IMG/VR virus record: IMGVR_UViG_3300049982_000075
Location: 1-61,798 of that record
Length of the DNA: 61,798 nt
Reading direction: 5' to 3' (one strand)
Source: a virus
Lineage: Duplodnaviria; Caudoviricetes
Below the pieces are notes generated by a model. It had not been told where the DNA came from, did no database searches, and was given only the letters and a program-made list of their open reading frames with translations. Position numbers and translations under genes: made by a program. Position 1 is the first letter of the stretch. Each line of letters begins with the position of its first letter. Of the stretch, positions 44,995 through 54,507 are shown piece after piece.

Positions 44995-45430
44995 CAACAG
45001 CACAATTCAATAGCTCTTCCGAAGAGCGCGCATTGCATGGGTGACCAATCCGGTTGCGCCCATGGGTAGGCGGTAGGTCTGTAGCACAGGGCCTAGGTAG
45101 CTTTCGCTTCGGGACTGCAAAGAATCGCATGAGAGCACACGCGGTGCCTGCCTAACCATGGTCGGTACCAGAAGTGACCCAAGCTCGCACTCGGCAGAAT
45201 TCCGAGATCCTGAATCTAACCCTCCACACGGGAGAAAGTGTGGGCGCTGCGGGTGACTAAGCTGATTAAGGCGACCTGCCCAGCACCGCTCCGGAGATGC
45301 ACTCAATCCGGGTAAATACCAATACACAAGCTAGGCCGTATGGCTTAGCTGGATCGTGGGCAGACTCTACCGAATGAACGTCTGCCCTCTTTCCTGGGAG
45401 TCCGGAATGTCAACAGGACAGCCGGCTTTT
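44995..45430 (+). ncRNA. Candidate large structured non-coding RNA / leader
   Basis: no credible ORF; dense series of stems, including the long-range CCATGG-GTAGGC / GCCTA-A-CCATGG pairing. Confidence 0.5.
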
Positions 45431-45519
45431 CAGGTTAGGTGATTTCTCATGATTGGTCTGTACGAATGGCTTCACGAAGAGGTCGAGGCCGAGAACGCTG
45501 CGTACCGAGGTGAAGAGCG

Positions 45520-45729
45520 ATGACCCCCGAGCAGCAGCGCCTCATGCTCGGCAGGCGCGTGCAACTCCCACCGTGGGACGGCACGTGGTGGAAGGGTGAC
45601 CGCTACGGCAAGGTCACCGGATTCAGCCGCGACGGCACCAGCTTCTACGTCAAGACGGACCTGGCAGGCGCCACGCGTCGCTACGCCGTCGAGCTCATCG
45701 GCACCGACAACGCTGCGAGCTTCGTGTGA
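45520..45729 (+). CDS. Small SH3-like hypothetical protein
   Basis: GRRVQL...GDRYGKVTG. Confidence 0.65.
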   Translation: MTPEQQRLMLGRRVQLPPWDGTWWKGDRYGKVTGFSRDGTSFYVKTDLAGATRRYAVELIGTDNAASFV

Positions 45730-45944
45730 TTGGCCGCGTAGTGGCCGCTCTGACCGCCGCAGTCGTGATTGCAGTCGGAGCCTGGCACGCTGGCGGAAAA
45801 GAGCTGTACGAAGCACTCACAGGCTATTGAGCCACCCTGAGCGCTCACGGTCCTTGCTACAAGTCGTCCCTTCACGGGGATGCCTGTAGGGACCGTGAGT
45901 CACCAAGGATGCTCAACACCGAGCACCACACACGAGGAGTAGGC

Positions 45945-46409
45945 ATGAACGACACCAAGACGCGGCCGTCCGAGCAACTGGTCCGCAACGCACAGATGAC
46001 GCTGGCCGGACTACTGCGTGCCAGGCTCTACGACTTCGACAATGCAGAGCGTGTCTACCCCGAGTCGATGCCCATGGAAGCCCACCGCTACGGCTGTAGC
46101 GGCGAGTTCATCCGCGACGCTCAGCGCTTCGGTCACTTCTTCGATGAGGCGACCATGCGGAGCTTCCGCACCAAGACGTACGAACTGATCGGCGAGCGCT
46201 TCCTGATCATCTCGGACAAGAGCGACTGGGGTCCGCGTCAGTACCGCGTAGCGTGGGTCTACCAGAACAAGGCGACGTGCAACAACGCCGACCACATCCG
46301 CAAGAGCGTCGAGACCACCGACCTGTCCAAGTCGTTCGCCTCGCTGACTCAGGCGCGGAAGTTCGCCCACAACGTCGCCGAGCTCATCGACCTGATTCAG
46401 AGCGCCTGA
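45945..46409 (+). CDS. Hypothetical protein
   Basis: GAGGAG RBS; GHFFDEATMRSFRT motif. Confidence 0.7.
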   Translation: MNDTKTRPSEQLVRNAQMTLAGLLRARLYDFDNAERVYPESMPMEAHRYGCSGEFIRDAQRFGHFFDEATMRSFRTKTYELIGERFLIISDKSDWGPRQYRVAWVYQNKATCNNADHIRKSVETTDLSKSFASLTQARKFAHNVAELIDLIQSA

Positions 46410-46411
46410 TC

Positions 46412-46723
46412 ATGGACCAGATCACCATGATCGACACGCTCTTCCCGGACACGTCGACCGAGTTCGTGCTGATGCCTTCCGGTGACGCTGAGGTGTTCGT
46501 CGATTGCGGCAACTGCTGCGGTACGGCGTCCGGCCGCATCGATATCAACGACCTCCGCGCGCTCCGCGATTTCCTCAACGAGCACGTCAAGGACCCGAAC
46601 GATGCGGAGATCATGGCGCGGGCTACTGGCTCAATCGGTGCTACGTACGTCGAAGAGCATGTCAGTCTGGACGGGACACGTACAGAGCTCAGCCGTCAGG
46701 AGTACGGCAAGACTCAGGCGTAA
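46412..46723 (+). CDS. Hypothetical protein
   Basis: ORF, codon usage. Confidence 0.6.
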   Translation: MDQITMIDTLFPDTSTEFVLMPSGDAEVFVDCGNCCGTASGRIDINDLRALRDFLNEHVKDPNDAEIMARATGSIGATYVEEHVSLDGTRTELSRQEYGKTQA

Positions 46724-46820
46724 CAAGCGACCGCACGATCCGCTCCCCCTGAGGATCGTGCGGTCTATGAGTCGCCTGGCTCACTCTCCGTATCATTCGA
46801 CTACTCTAAGGAATGCCGGC

Positions 46821-47102
46821 ATGACCAGATGGATCAACGCGGGTGCCACCCACTCAACCGGACAGCGCGTCAAGACCAAGGCGGAGCTCAAGCGCACACT
46901 CAAGGCGACCCCGTCAGCGGTCATCTTCGACACCACGGGCAACTTCCCGAATGCCGAAGAGAAGGTCGTAGCGTCGGATCTCGGCAACCGTCCGCATCAC
47001 GCCGCTGAGGCGTGGCAGGTGGTCGGTCCGGACCCTTTCACTGACCGCAAGTGGTACGCCACGGTCAAGGTGAACCGTCTCGGCAATCTGGTTGTTACCT
47101 GA
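46821..47102 (+). CDS. Hypothetical protein
   Basis: KTKAELK...VVGPDPF..RKWYATV; AAGGA RBS. Confidence 0.7.
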   Translation: MTRWINAGATHSTGQRVKTKAELKRTLKATPSAVIFDTTGNFPNAEEKVVASDLGNRPHHAAEAWQVVGPDPFTDRKWYATVKVNRLGNLVVT

Positions 47103-47239
47103 TCCGGACCCAACAGCCGCACACACGCTCACCGACTCGCTCCCGATTAGGGTATGCGACCGAGCGTGTGTGTCCTGAGTCGCCCGGCTCGAACGAGATG
47201 GAACATCCCGTTCCGCTCACATTGACACTAGGAGTAAGC

Positions 47240-47371
47240 ATGGAAACCACAGAGCGTATGCGTCCCCCGAAGGTCGCTCGCTTTCGCCAGACCACCCACC
47301 ACCGCCCGCGTACGACCCGTCGCGACCGTGTCCAGCACGCCGCCCGCGTCACCGCCGCACTGGAGGGCTGA
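47240..47371 (+). CDS. Small basic hypothetical protein
   Basis: AGGAG RBS. Confidence 0.55.
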   Translation: METTERMRPPKVARFRQTTHHRPRTTRRDRVQHAARVTAALEG

Positions 47372-47374
47372 GCT

Positions 47375-47698
47375 GTGCAGATGAATGAGTACGACATCGA
47401 AGACGCTGTCTTGCGCTGGTCGTACGATCCGGTACTCGGTCCGGCTGCACGCACTCTCCACAACCTTATGGTTGAGGTCAATCGGAGCTCGGACGGCTGG
47501 CCCTACTGGTCACCTCCCAGTCGCGCCTCACGGAAGCTTCAGGAGCTTCTGGGGAGTGTTGATGGCCCGTCGCACGGCAGGACTCGCGAAGAGCTCACAG
47601 CGGCCTACAAGGCTGCCTTGATCCCGATCAAGTCCTTTCGCACTCGGATGGTTCTCAACTTCGAGATCGAGGAGGTCGGCAATGCCGTCACAAGCTGA
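47375..47698 (+). CDS. Hypothetical protein
   Basis: MNEYDI...SDGWPYW..PSRA...AL.PIKSF. Confidence 0.7.
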   Translation: MQMNEYDIEDAVLRWSYDPVLGPAARTLHNLMVEVNRSSDGWPYWSPPSRASRKLQELLGSVDGPSHGRTREELTAAYKAALIPIKSFRTRMVLNFEIEEVGNAVTS

Positions 47699-48041
47699 CT
47701 ACAGCGAGCTTCTGAGCCTTCAGACTGCCGCTCACGCTCTCGACCGCATCAACCAAGCCTTTCGCGACAACGAGATGAACGACGCCGAGCTCGCCGTGTT
47801 CGTCGGTGAGCGACTCCGGGAGTGTGGCTACACCCTGCCGCAGGACGACGTTGCTCTACGCGGCTGGGAGACCTTCCCACTGCCGTTCGGGCAGCCGGGA
47901 CGAGTTCACTACGGCAGTCATTTCTACTCCGCCGAGCGTCGGCATGACGGCGTGGTGATCTACCACACGGGCGCTCGCTGGATGCGAGCATCACGGACTC
48001 TCACGCAGAGCTTCGAGAGCAACACGAGCATGACGCGCTGA
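47682..48041 (+). CDS. Hypothetical protein
   Basis: GAGGAGG RBS. Confidence 0.65.
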   Translation: MPSQADYSELLSLQTAAHALDRINQAFRDNEMNDAELAVFVGERLRECGYTLPQDDVALRGWETFPLPFGQPGRVHYGSHFYSAERRHDGVVIYHTGARWMRASRTLTQSFESNTSMTR

Positions 48042-48157
48042 GCACTTCCAGTGGCCCCTGTCACCCGCTAGGGTAACGGGGGTTGCCGAGCCTGCTCAGG
48101 CTACACACCATCCAGACGGGACAAACCGTCCCGTTCCATCCAAGGAGAGAGACCAAG

Positions 48158-48991
48158 ATGGAATCCACGATTCTCTGCGCTGACCCGTTCCGTCCGACGA
48201 CGGACGAGATCCGGCGCATACTCGCCATGATCGGTGCACTGCGACGCCGTGCCAACGCGGCCGGACATCCGCTCCTGCTCGATCTGTTCTGCTGCGGAGG
48301 CGGCGCGAGTGTTGGCTACCAGATCGCCGGATTCGACGTACTCGGAGTCGATCTGGAGGACAGGTCAGGGTCGTACCCGTTCGCGTTCGTGCAGATGGAC
48401 GCTATCCGCTTCGTGAAGCTGTTCGGCCACCTTTTCGACGTGGTGGTCGGCTCGCCCCCGTGCCAGTCGTCCAGTTCGCTGACCAAGGGCACCAACAAGG
48501 CCAACGGCTGGGGCAAGGGCACTGACGAGGGCGCAGGCGGCTGGATCAACCTGATCCCGGCCACTCGCGCCGAGTTCGCCCGGCTCAACAAGCTGGGCAT
48601 CCCGACCGTGATCGAGAACGTGCAGGGCTCGGATCTCCGACGCGACCTCACGCTCTGCGGCACGATGTTCGGGCTCAAGGTATTCCGTCACCGCTACTTC
48701 GAAGTCGGCGGCACGTACGTTCCGCAGCCCATTCACGAGAAGCCGGGCGGCCGTCGCCGTCACTACGGCTCGCTCAAGGGCTGGAACCACGGCAAGAGCA
48801 ACCCGCTGGGCGAGTACTACCAGGTGTACGGCCAAGGTGGCCAGAAGGGCACCGTAGCCGAGTGGCAGGACGCCATGGGCATTCCCTGGCTCACCAAGCG
48901 CAACGAGCTCGCCGAGGCGATCCCGCCCGCGTACTCCGCATTCATCGGCACCTACCTCATCCAGCACGTCACGACCCGAAAGGCAGCTTGA
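48158..48991 (+). CDS. C5 cytosine DNA methyltransferase
   Basis: LDLFCCGGG (motif I), GSPPCQ (IV), IENV (VI), RHRYFE (VIII), EAIPPAY (X). Confidence 0.9.
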   Translation: MESTILCADPFRPTTDEIRRILAMIGALRRRANAAGHPLLLDLFCCGGGASVGYQIAGFDVLGVDLEDRSGSYPFAFVQMDAIRFVKLFGHLFDVVVGSPPCQSSSSLTKGTNKANGWGKGTDEGAGGWINLIPATRAEFARLNKLGIPTVIENVQGSDLRRDLTLCGTMFGLKVFRHRYFEVGGTYVPQPIHEKPGGRRRHYGSLKGWNHGKSNPLGEYYQVYGQGGQKGTVAEWQDAMGIPWLTKRNELAEAIPPAYSAFIGTYLIQHVTTRKAA

Positions 48992-48993
48992 TC

Positions 48994-49296
48994 ATGCCTA
49001 ACACTGGACAAGCGCGCCAGGCCGCGAGTCGCGCGCTCGCCGAGTACCGCAGTGTTCCTGGCTTCACCGAGGTGGATGCGGCCGAAGCGATTCGAGACCT
49101 GATGACCGATCTGGCCTTCCTGTCCGACACGCTCAAGGGCGATGACGAGCAGTCTGGCCGCTACGCGCTCGAGAAGGCGCTGGAGGTCTACGAGATTGAG
49201 GCGGCACCCGTCGTCCGCACGGTGGTCAATAACCTCCAGATGGACGTCGAAACCGGCGAGATCACCGGAAATGTCATCTCTCGCGAAGTCTGGTAG
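48994..49296 (+). CDS. Hypothetical protein
   Basis: ORF, IRDLMTDL motif. Confidence 0.65.
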   Translation: MPNTGQARQAASRALAEYRSVPGFTEVDAAEAIRDLMTDLAFLSDTLKGDDEQSGRYALEKALEVYEIEAAPVVRTVVNNLQMDVETGEITGNVISREVW

Positions 49297-49306
49297 AACC
49301 GACAAT

Positions 49307-49516
49307 ATGCTCCGCTGTCACCCTTACCGGGGGCGGCGGAGCTCCGTCCGCTGTGGATGCCGGCATGGTCGCATGATGGATGCGTTCGACCTGGCGACCG
49401 AGTTGTGGTGGTCACAATGTGAGACAGCCACTTCCCTCTACCCTGCCGAGATGGCAGAGTATCGAGCAACACATCCCGTACCGCACCTGAGAGACTTTAT
49501 GAAGGAGAACTTCTGA
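49307..49516 (+). CDS. Hypothetical protein
   Basis: fills gap; TGATG overlap with next gene. Confidence 0.5.
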   Translation: MLRCHPYRGRRSSVRCGCRHGRMMDAFDLATELWWSQCETATSLYPAEMAEYRATHPVPHLRDFMKENF

Positions 49517-50250
49517 TGTCGAACATCAACTCCGTCACCAAGCTGGAAGTGCCGACCACGGCCCGCTCGATCCTGAGCGTGTTCCGAGCGAGCACGCTGG
49601 CTGAACGATCGTCCGGCCGCGATTGGTATCACCGTGCCCGCAAGCTGGCCGAGGAGCTGGTCCGCGAGTACGGCACGCACTTCTCGACCGTCGAGAGCCA
49701 CGAGGATGCCGTGAAGCGCGCTGCGGCTGTGATCGCCGTGATCTCGCCGCGCCTGAACTGGAACAAAAACGTCGAACTCGCCCGTTGGGTGTACGCCGAG
49801 TACAGCTCCGCCCAGCTCTCCGCCAAACCATCCTGGTGGGTCCGCGAGAACGGGTCGGCGATCGACCGGTTCCCCGGACTCAAGTCCAACGGCGAGAAGG
49901 CGATCAAGATCATCTGCGGCATGGATCCCGAGGACATCGTCTCGGGCCCGAAGGTGACAGCGTTCTGGCGTACGATCGTGGACCCGTCCGACCCCCGCGC
50001 CGTGGTTGTCGACCGCCACGCGCTGGACGTCGCCAAGGGACAGGTACTCGACGACAGGCAGCGCGGCATCATCCTCGGGCGCAAGGGTGCCTATGAGGAG
50101 CTGAGCGCGTTGTACCGCCGCGCCGCAAAGCAGCTCACCAAGGAGCTGGGCGCCACGTGGACGCCCGCCGAGGTGCAGGCTGTGACCTGGGTCGTCTGGC
50201 GCCGCAACCGCGCCGCACAGTCCGCTGCGGCCCAGCGGGAGGCGCTGTGA
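49516..50250 (+). CDS. Conserved phage protein, probable HhH DNA-glycosylase-like fold (DUF7178-like)
   Basis: G.DWY..A, AVIAVISPR..W..N, GPKVTAF, VVVDRHA, QAVTWV. Confidence 0.55.
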   Translation: MSNINSVTKLEVPTTARSILSVFRASTLAERSSGRDWYHRARKLAEELVREYGTHFSTVESHEDAVKRAAAVIAVISPRLNWNKNVELARWVYAEYSSAQLSAKPSWWVRENGSAIDRFPGLKSNGEKAIKIICGMDPEDIVSGPKVTAFWRTIVDPSDPRAVVVDRHALDVAKGQVLDDRQRGIILGRKGAYEELSALYRRAAKQLTKELGATWTPAEVQAVTWVVWRRNRAAQSAAAQREAL

Positions 50251-50474
50251 GCGAGGTGGGAGAGTTCCGCAGGGGTCAAGTCGTTCAGGTCAACGCTGAC
50301 GGAAGTGCGCTGGTCGAGTGGGAGGACGGTACGACGTCCACGCTCAAAGCGAAGCCGACAAAGCCACGCGACACCTGGGAAGACTCGGTCCGCAAGACAG
50401 GCAAGTGCGGCGATAAGCTGTGCGCCTGCGCAACCCTGAACCTGAACGAAGACAATGAGGAGTCACGAGCATGA
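50247..50474 (+). CDS. Hypothetical protein
   Basis: GGAGG RBS, coupled. Confidence 0.6.
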   Translation: MSEVGEFRRGQVVQVNADGSALVEWEDGTTSTLKAKPTKPRDTWEDSVRKTGKCGDKLCACATLNLNEDNEESRA

Positions 50475-51175
50475 GCAAGCCAACCACCGTAACGTCCGCA
50501 CAGCGCGAGGCCCTGGTCGACGCGCTCCCGTACGGCACCATCTGGAAGGCGGATCGCCGTCTGAGCAACTGGGGCTTTCGCTACCACGGCCTGGTCACTC
50601 TGAAGCGGCTGGAGGAGGCTGGCCTGATCCACTACGCCCGTCAGTCCGAAGACCCGTTGTCCGGCGCCAACGGCTGGCAGCTCACCGACGCGGGCCGCTC
50701 GGTCGCGCTCGGCCTGCCGGACAAGGAGTCCAGCGCGTCGCGTCAGCACTTCATCGACACGGGCCGCTACCTGTCGTACCGTCACCGCGAAGAGCTGAGT
50801 CCGGCCCCGTTCAAGGTCGGCGACACTGTCCGCAGCAAGAATCGAGGGTTCGAGCTGGAGATGGACGTCAAGGGCTACCTGATCGTCGGCATGCAGTTCG
50901 TCTCCGACCTGCCCGGCTGGCTCTACTCGGTCGAGGTGATCGGCGGCGGAGAGCAGAACGGGACGCACCTTGATCAGGTCCACATCAGCCCGAACGTCTA
51001 CGAGCTGGTCCAGCCCGAGGCCGAGCCGTGCGACTGGGAGCTGATGGCTCCCCTCGTGGCGGCCGCCGCCGTGCTGGTCGCGACCGGGCGTGGCGACGAG
51101 GTCGTCGGGGACTACCGCGACGGCACGCCGACCGCTCTGGAGCTACTGACCGAGCTCGTGGAGTCGGCCCGATGA
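50471..51175 (+). CDS. Hypothetical protein with N-terminal winged-helix-like segment
   Basis: TLKRLEEAGLI...WQLTDAGR. Confidence 0.6.
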   Translation: MSKPTTVTSAQREALVDALPYGTIWKADRRLSNWGFRYHGLVTLKRLEEAGLIHYARQSEDPLSGANGWQLTDAGRSVALGLPDKESSASRQHFIDTGRYLSYRHREELSPAPFKVGDTVRSKNRGFELEMDVKGYLIVGMQFVSDLPGWLYSVEVIGGGEQNGTHLDQVHISPNVYELVQPEAEPCDWELMAPLVAAAAVLVATGRGDEVVGDYRDGTPTALELLTELVESAR

Positions 51176-51345
51176 CCGCCGAGGAGTTCCTGGCTGCGAG
51201 CTGCGAGCTCAGGGAAGAGACGAGCGGGAAGTACGTCCCCGGTACGATCGACGCCTTCCTGGTCGGCTACCTGTCCAACAAGCTCAGTCCCGAAGATCGC
51301 GCCATGGCGATCAGGAGCGCTCGAGAGGTGTACATCAATGGCTGA
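51172..51345 (+). CDS. Hypothetical protein
   Basis: GGAG RBS, coupled. Confidence 0.55.
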   Translation: MTAEEFLAASCELREETSGKYVPGTIDAFLVGYLSNKLSPEDRAMAIRSAREVYING

Positions 51346-51646
51346 CCGCTACTCGCCCGTCAAGCTGAGCACGAGCCGTGGCACGTCCGTCCGCTGTGCC
51401 AGCAATCGCAAGTACGCCGCAGCGCAGCTCGTCCCGAAGCCGGGACCGACGTACGCCGGGATCGTCCTGAAGGTTTATGCCCGGTCGGACAGCGCTCAGG
51501 CGCTCGCCGAGCGCATCCGCAAGGAGCCCGGCTGGACGTACGTCTTCGAGCTCAAGGAGGGCCGGCTCCTCTGGGAGAACAGCGCGTCGGAGTGGCTGGC
51601 TGCCGAGAACGTCATCCTCAACTACGCAGCAACTCAGGAGGTCTGA
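51338..51646 (+). CDS. Hypothetical protein
   Basis: GAGGT RBS. Confidence 0.65.
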   Translation: MADRYSPVKLSTSRGTSVRCASNRKYAAAQLVPKPGPTYAGIVLKVYARSDSAQALAERIRKEPGWTYVFELKEGRLLWENSASEWLAAENVILNYAATQEV

Positions 51647-51891
51647 TGTACCGCATGGACAAGATACTCATCGGCAGTCTCGCCGCACTTCTGGTCGTCC
51701 TGGTGATCGGCATCGGCGTCGCGATCGTCATGGCCGAGAAGGGCGCCAAGGAGTACGAGCGCCAGTGCCAGGCGGCTGGCGGCCACGTCGTCAACACGAA
51801 CTCCACCGGTGTCAACCCGGCCAACGGGCAGCCAGTCATCGTCACCAACACCATGTGCCTGTCCTCGGACGGCCGGATTCTGGAGGTATGA
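51646..51891 (+). CDS. Small membrane-anchored protein with two Cys
   Basis: N-terminal TM; CQAAGG...CLSSDGRIL. Confidence 0.7.
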   Translation: MYRMDKILIGSLAALLVVLVIGIGVAIVMAEKGAKEYERQCQAAGGHVVNTNSTGVNPANGQPVIVTNTMCLSSDGRILEV

Positions 51892-52622
51892 GCATGACCC
51901 CCACTGAGCGCCGCGATGCGCGCACCATAGTCGCCCTGCTGCTGGTCGTTGTACTGGGCTTCTTCATCGGGAGCTTCATCCCTCGGCCGAGCGGGATCTA
52001 CCCTGATCGGCGTTCGCCGGTCACCGAACAGCGAACGCCTGACCCACGCATGAAGTCGTCTGGGGCCGAGACGAGTACGGCGTACGTCGAGCGATCCAAC
52101 GACTGTCGCAACCCTGGCGGCACCAACCAGGCTGGCTACTGCTGGTACGAGGGATGGGCGTTTACACGCAAGACGGTCTGTATCGACTCCAGCATCCCCG
52201 GCGCACCACTGGTGACCATCGCCAAGCAGTTCACCGGGCCAGGCGGGATCGCCACAGTGGTCGGCGGTACGAAAGTCGGAGCCTGCGCAGCGAAGGGGTA
52301 CCCGGCCAGTCAGCGAGTCAGCTTCCTGTCGATGAGTAAGGCGACGGCAGCGAGATACGGCTACGGAGTGTGTGGACTCACCAGTGCGGCCAACTACGGC
52401 AATCTGTCCAGCATCAACGTGGCGATCTACCTCACCGGTCCGCAGAGTACGCCGTGCGGGGCCGGCACGGAGTGGGTCGACGTCTGGGCGCACGAGCTCG
52501 GCCACACCTTCGGCCTGTCCCACAACCAGCCCTACGCCTCGTCCATCATGCGAGATGGCCACTGGCCAGACCGCTCGGACCGCGCTAAGCTGGTTCAGAT
52601 CTACGGAGGGAGGCGCGCTTGA
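51888..52622 (+). CDS. Membrane-anchored/secreted metzincin zinc protease
   Basis: N-terminal TM; HELGHTFGLSH (HExxHxxGxxH) and SSIM Met-turn; six Cys. Confidence 0.82.
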   Translation: MSMTPTERRDARTIVALLLVVVLGFFIGSFIPRPSGIYPDRRSPVTEQRTPDPRMKSSGAETSTAYVERSNDCRNPGGTNQAGYCWYEGWAFTRKTVCIDSSIPGAPLVTIAKQFTGPGGIATVVGGTKVGACAAKGYPASQRVSFLSMSKATAARYGYGVCGLTSAANYGNLSSINVAIYLTGPQSTPCGAGTEWVDVWAHELGHTFGLSHNQPYASSIMRDGHWPDRSDRAKLVQIYGGRRA

Positions 52623-52837
52623 TCGAAGCAACTGCACTCAGGTGGCTGATGATCATCGGCGGAATCATCGCGATGACCTTGATCGCACCGCCGGTCGGGA
52701 TCCTTCTGGTCTTCGGCCTCATGGGCTGCGGGATCTTCAGACTCAGCCGGAACTGCGCTCACAAGGCGGCCGTCAAACGAGCCCAGCAGCAGGTCTACTG
52801 GACTCCCGATCGCATCCACCGCACGTACTACTCGTGA
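52619..52837 (+). CDS. Small membrane protein
   Basis: two hydrophobic segments. Confidence 0.6.
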   Translation: MIEATALRWLMIIGGIIAMTLIAPPVGILLVFGLMGCGIFRLSRNCAHKAAVKRAQQQVYWTPDRIHRTYYS

Positions 52838-52873
52838 CCGCCGTCACGAGCCACTACCGGTAAGGAGCTGAGC

Positions 52874-53914
52874 ATGGGGACGTCGGACGATTTCCCGATC
52901 GAGAAGTACGAGGAGCACCTGCCGCGCCTACGTCGCAAGGAGGTGCGGGCGCGTGCCATGACCTTCGGATCCGCTGGTGCTTCGGTGATGGAACTCGGGT
53001 TCTTCGCGGCACTCCCGAATCACCCGATGATGGCGATTATCTGCTCGGGCATCCTCGCCTTCGGGGCCTGGTACTGGTCGATCGTGTTGGGCGACGCCAA
53101 GCGGCAGTCCCGGATGATCAAGGGTGGCAGCCGGCCGAACGGCGTCTGGTTCAAGCTACAAGCCGAGGCACTCAGGCGCGAAATCGCTCAGGCTCCGCAG
53201 AGGACCGAGGGCTTCGCCGACCAGGTCGCCGACATCCAAGCGAAGGCCGAGAAGGCCGCCGAGGTCGAGAAGGACCAATGGTGGCGCCAGCCCGGCTCGC
53301 TGTGGCATCAGACGCAGGAGTTCATCGACTCGGCCGACGAGGTCTTCAAGGCCAAGGCGCAGGAAGAGGAGAACCTTCGGATCCAGCGCAGGCGCGCCGA
53401 GAGAGTCATTGCAGCGGCCGAGGAGAAGAAGAGACTGGTCGAGCTCGAGGTCAGGCAGAAGATCGCCGAGAAGGAGCGCCGTATCGAGGCGACCAAGCGC
53501 TGGATCGCACAGGAGCGCGAGTGGGATGCGTTCGTGGAGGACGCCCAGGTCGATGCTCGCGCCCGCAAGGAGCGCGGCGACTGGCACGAGCCACCGGTGG
53601 GGATCCCCGGCGCTGTGTATGCTGCTCACCGGGACGACGAGCCACTGAGCTACCACCCGGCCATGTCGCCTGAGGTGATCGCGCGGATGCTGATGAGCGG
53701 ACATATGGAAGTCGAGCAAATTCGTGCCTGGGGTCAACCTGAACCGATCTTCACCGAGGCGCCTAACCGATCACGTTGCTCTCGCGGTAAGACGATCTAC
53801 ACGGATTCCCAGGCCAAGGAGGTGCTCGCTAATCTCTCTCTTGTCGGCATCTGGCACCACTACCGATTCGAGCGCTGCCAGCAGCACTATCACCTGATCA
53901 GGAAGGTCCGATGA
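52874..53914 (+). CDS. Membrane-anchored coiled-coil protein
   Basis: AAGGAG RBS; two TM helices then charged coiled coil; C-terminal C/H cluster. Confidence 0.7.
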   Translation: MGTSDDFPIEKYEEHLPRLRRKEVRARAMTFGSAGASVMELGFFAALPNHPMMAIICSGILAFGAWYWSIVLGDAKRQSRMIKGGSRPNGVWFKLQAEALRREIAQAPQRTEGFADQVADIQAKAEKAAEVEKDQWWRQPGSLWHQTQEFIDSADEVFKAKAQEEENLRIQRRRAERVIAAAEEKKRLVELEVRQKIAEKERRIEATKRWIAQEREWDAFVEDAQVDARARKERGDWHEPPVGIPGAVYAAHRDDEPLSYHPAMSPEVIARMLMSGHMEVEQIRAWGQPEPIFTEAPNRSRCSRGKTIYTDSQAKEVLANLSLVGIWHHYRFERCQQHYHLIRKVR

Positions 53915-54507
53915 GGACCTCCGAAGGTTGGTTCGTCCCGACCGGCTACGGCCTGTTCAACCACATCACGCGGCGGAACCGGCGGAACTGGGACCAGATG
54001 GACTCGGTGAGCCGACAGTCTTGGGAGCAGCGCGCTCGGGGCGAGCGGAACTTCATCCCCTCTCCGAACCACCACAACCACGAGGAGGCGCAGACTGTCG
54101 TACTGCCGATGCCAGCTGCGGAGTATCCGATGCGATACCTCCTGCTCGACAGCCCGGAGTTCTACGCGTTGCCGCAGTCTCCGGTCCAGATGCTCAACCG
54201 GTTGGACAAGCACGGCTGGGACTGGACGATCACGGTGTGCACCGGGCCCTGGCCGATGAAGACCGAGACCGTCGAGCTCGAGGACGGCTCGGAGGAGAAG
54301 ACGAAGTATGGACAGGCGCCGTCCGTCGTACTACGCTTCCGACGCAGGGACCAGGTTGGCTTCGCGATGTGGCTGGCCAAGCCCTGGACCAAGGACGGCG
54401 ACAAGCTGAAGTTCCACTCCGCACAGGTGCGCGGCCTGGGGATGATTAGCTCGCCGGACCTGAACAAGTTCGTTACAGCACCCGATCAAGGAGGTAACAG
54501 TGAGTGA
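53911..54507 (+). CDS. Hypothetical protein
   Basis: coupled ORF. Confidence 0.65.
   Translation: MRTSEGWFVPTGYGLFNHITRRNRRNWDQMDSVSRQSWEQRARGERNFIPSPNHHNHEEAQTVVLPMPAAEYPMRYLLLDSPEFYALPQSPVQMLNRLDKHGWDWTITVCTGPWPMKTETVELEDGSEEKTKYGQAPSVVLRFRRRDQVGFAMWLAKPWTKDGDKLKFHSAQVRGLGMISSPDLNKFVTAPDQGGNSE

Noticed and set aside
45340-45400. IS200/IS605 omega-RNA-like end
   Set aside because: Only a vague GAACG-CTG resemblance; no TnpB/IscB gene nearby
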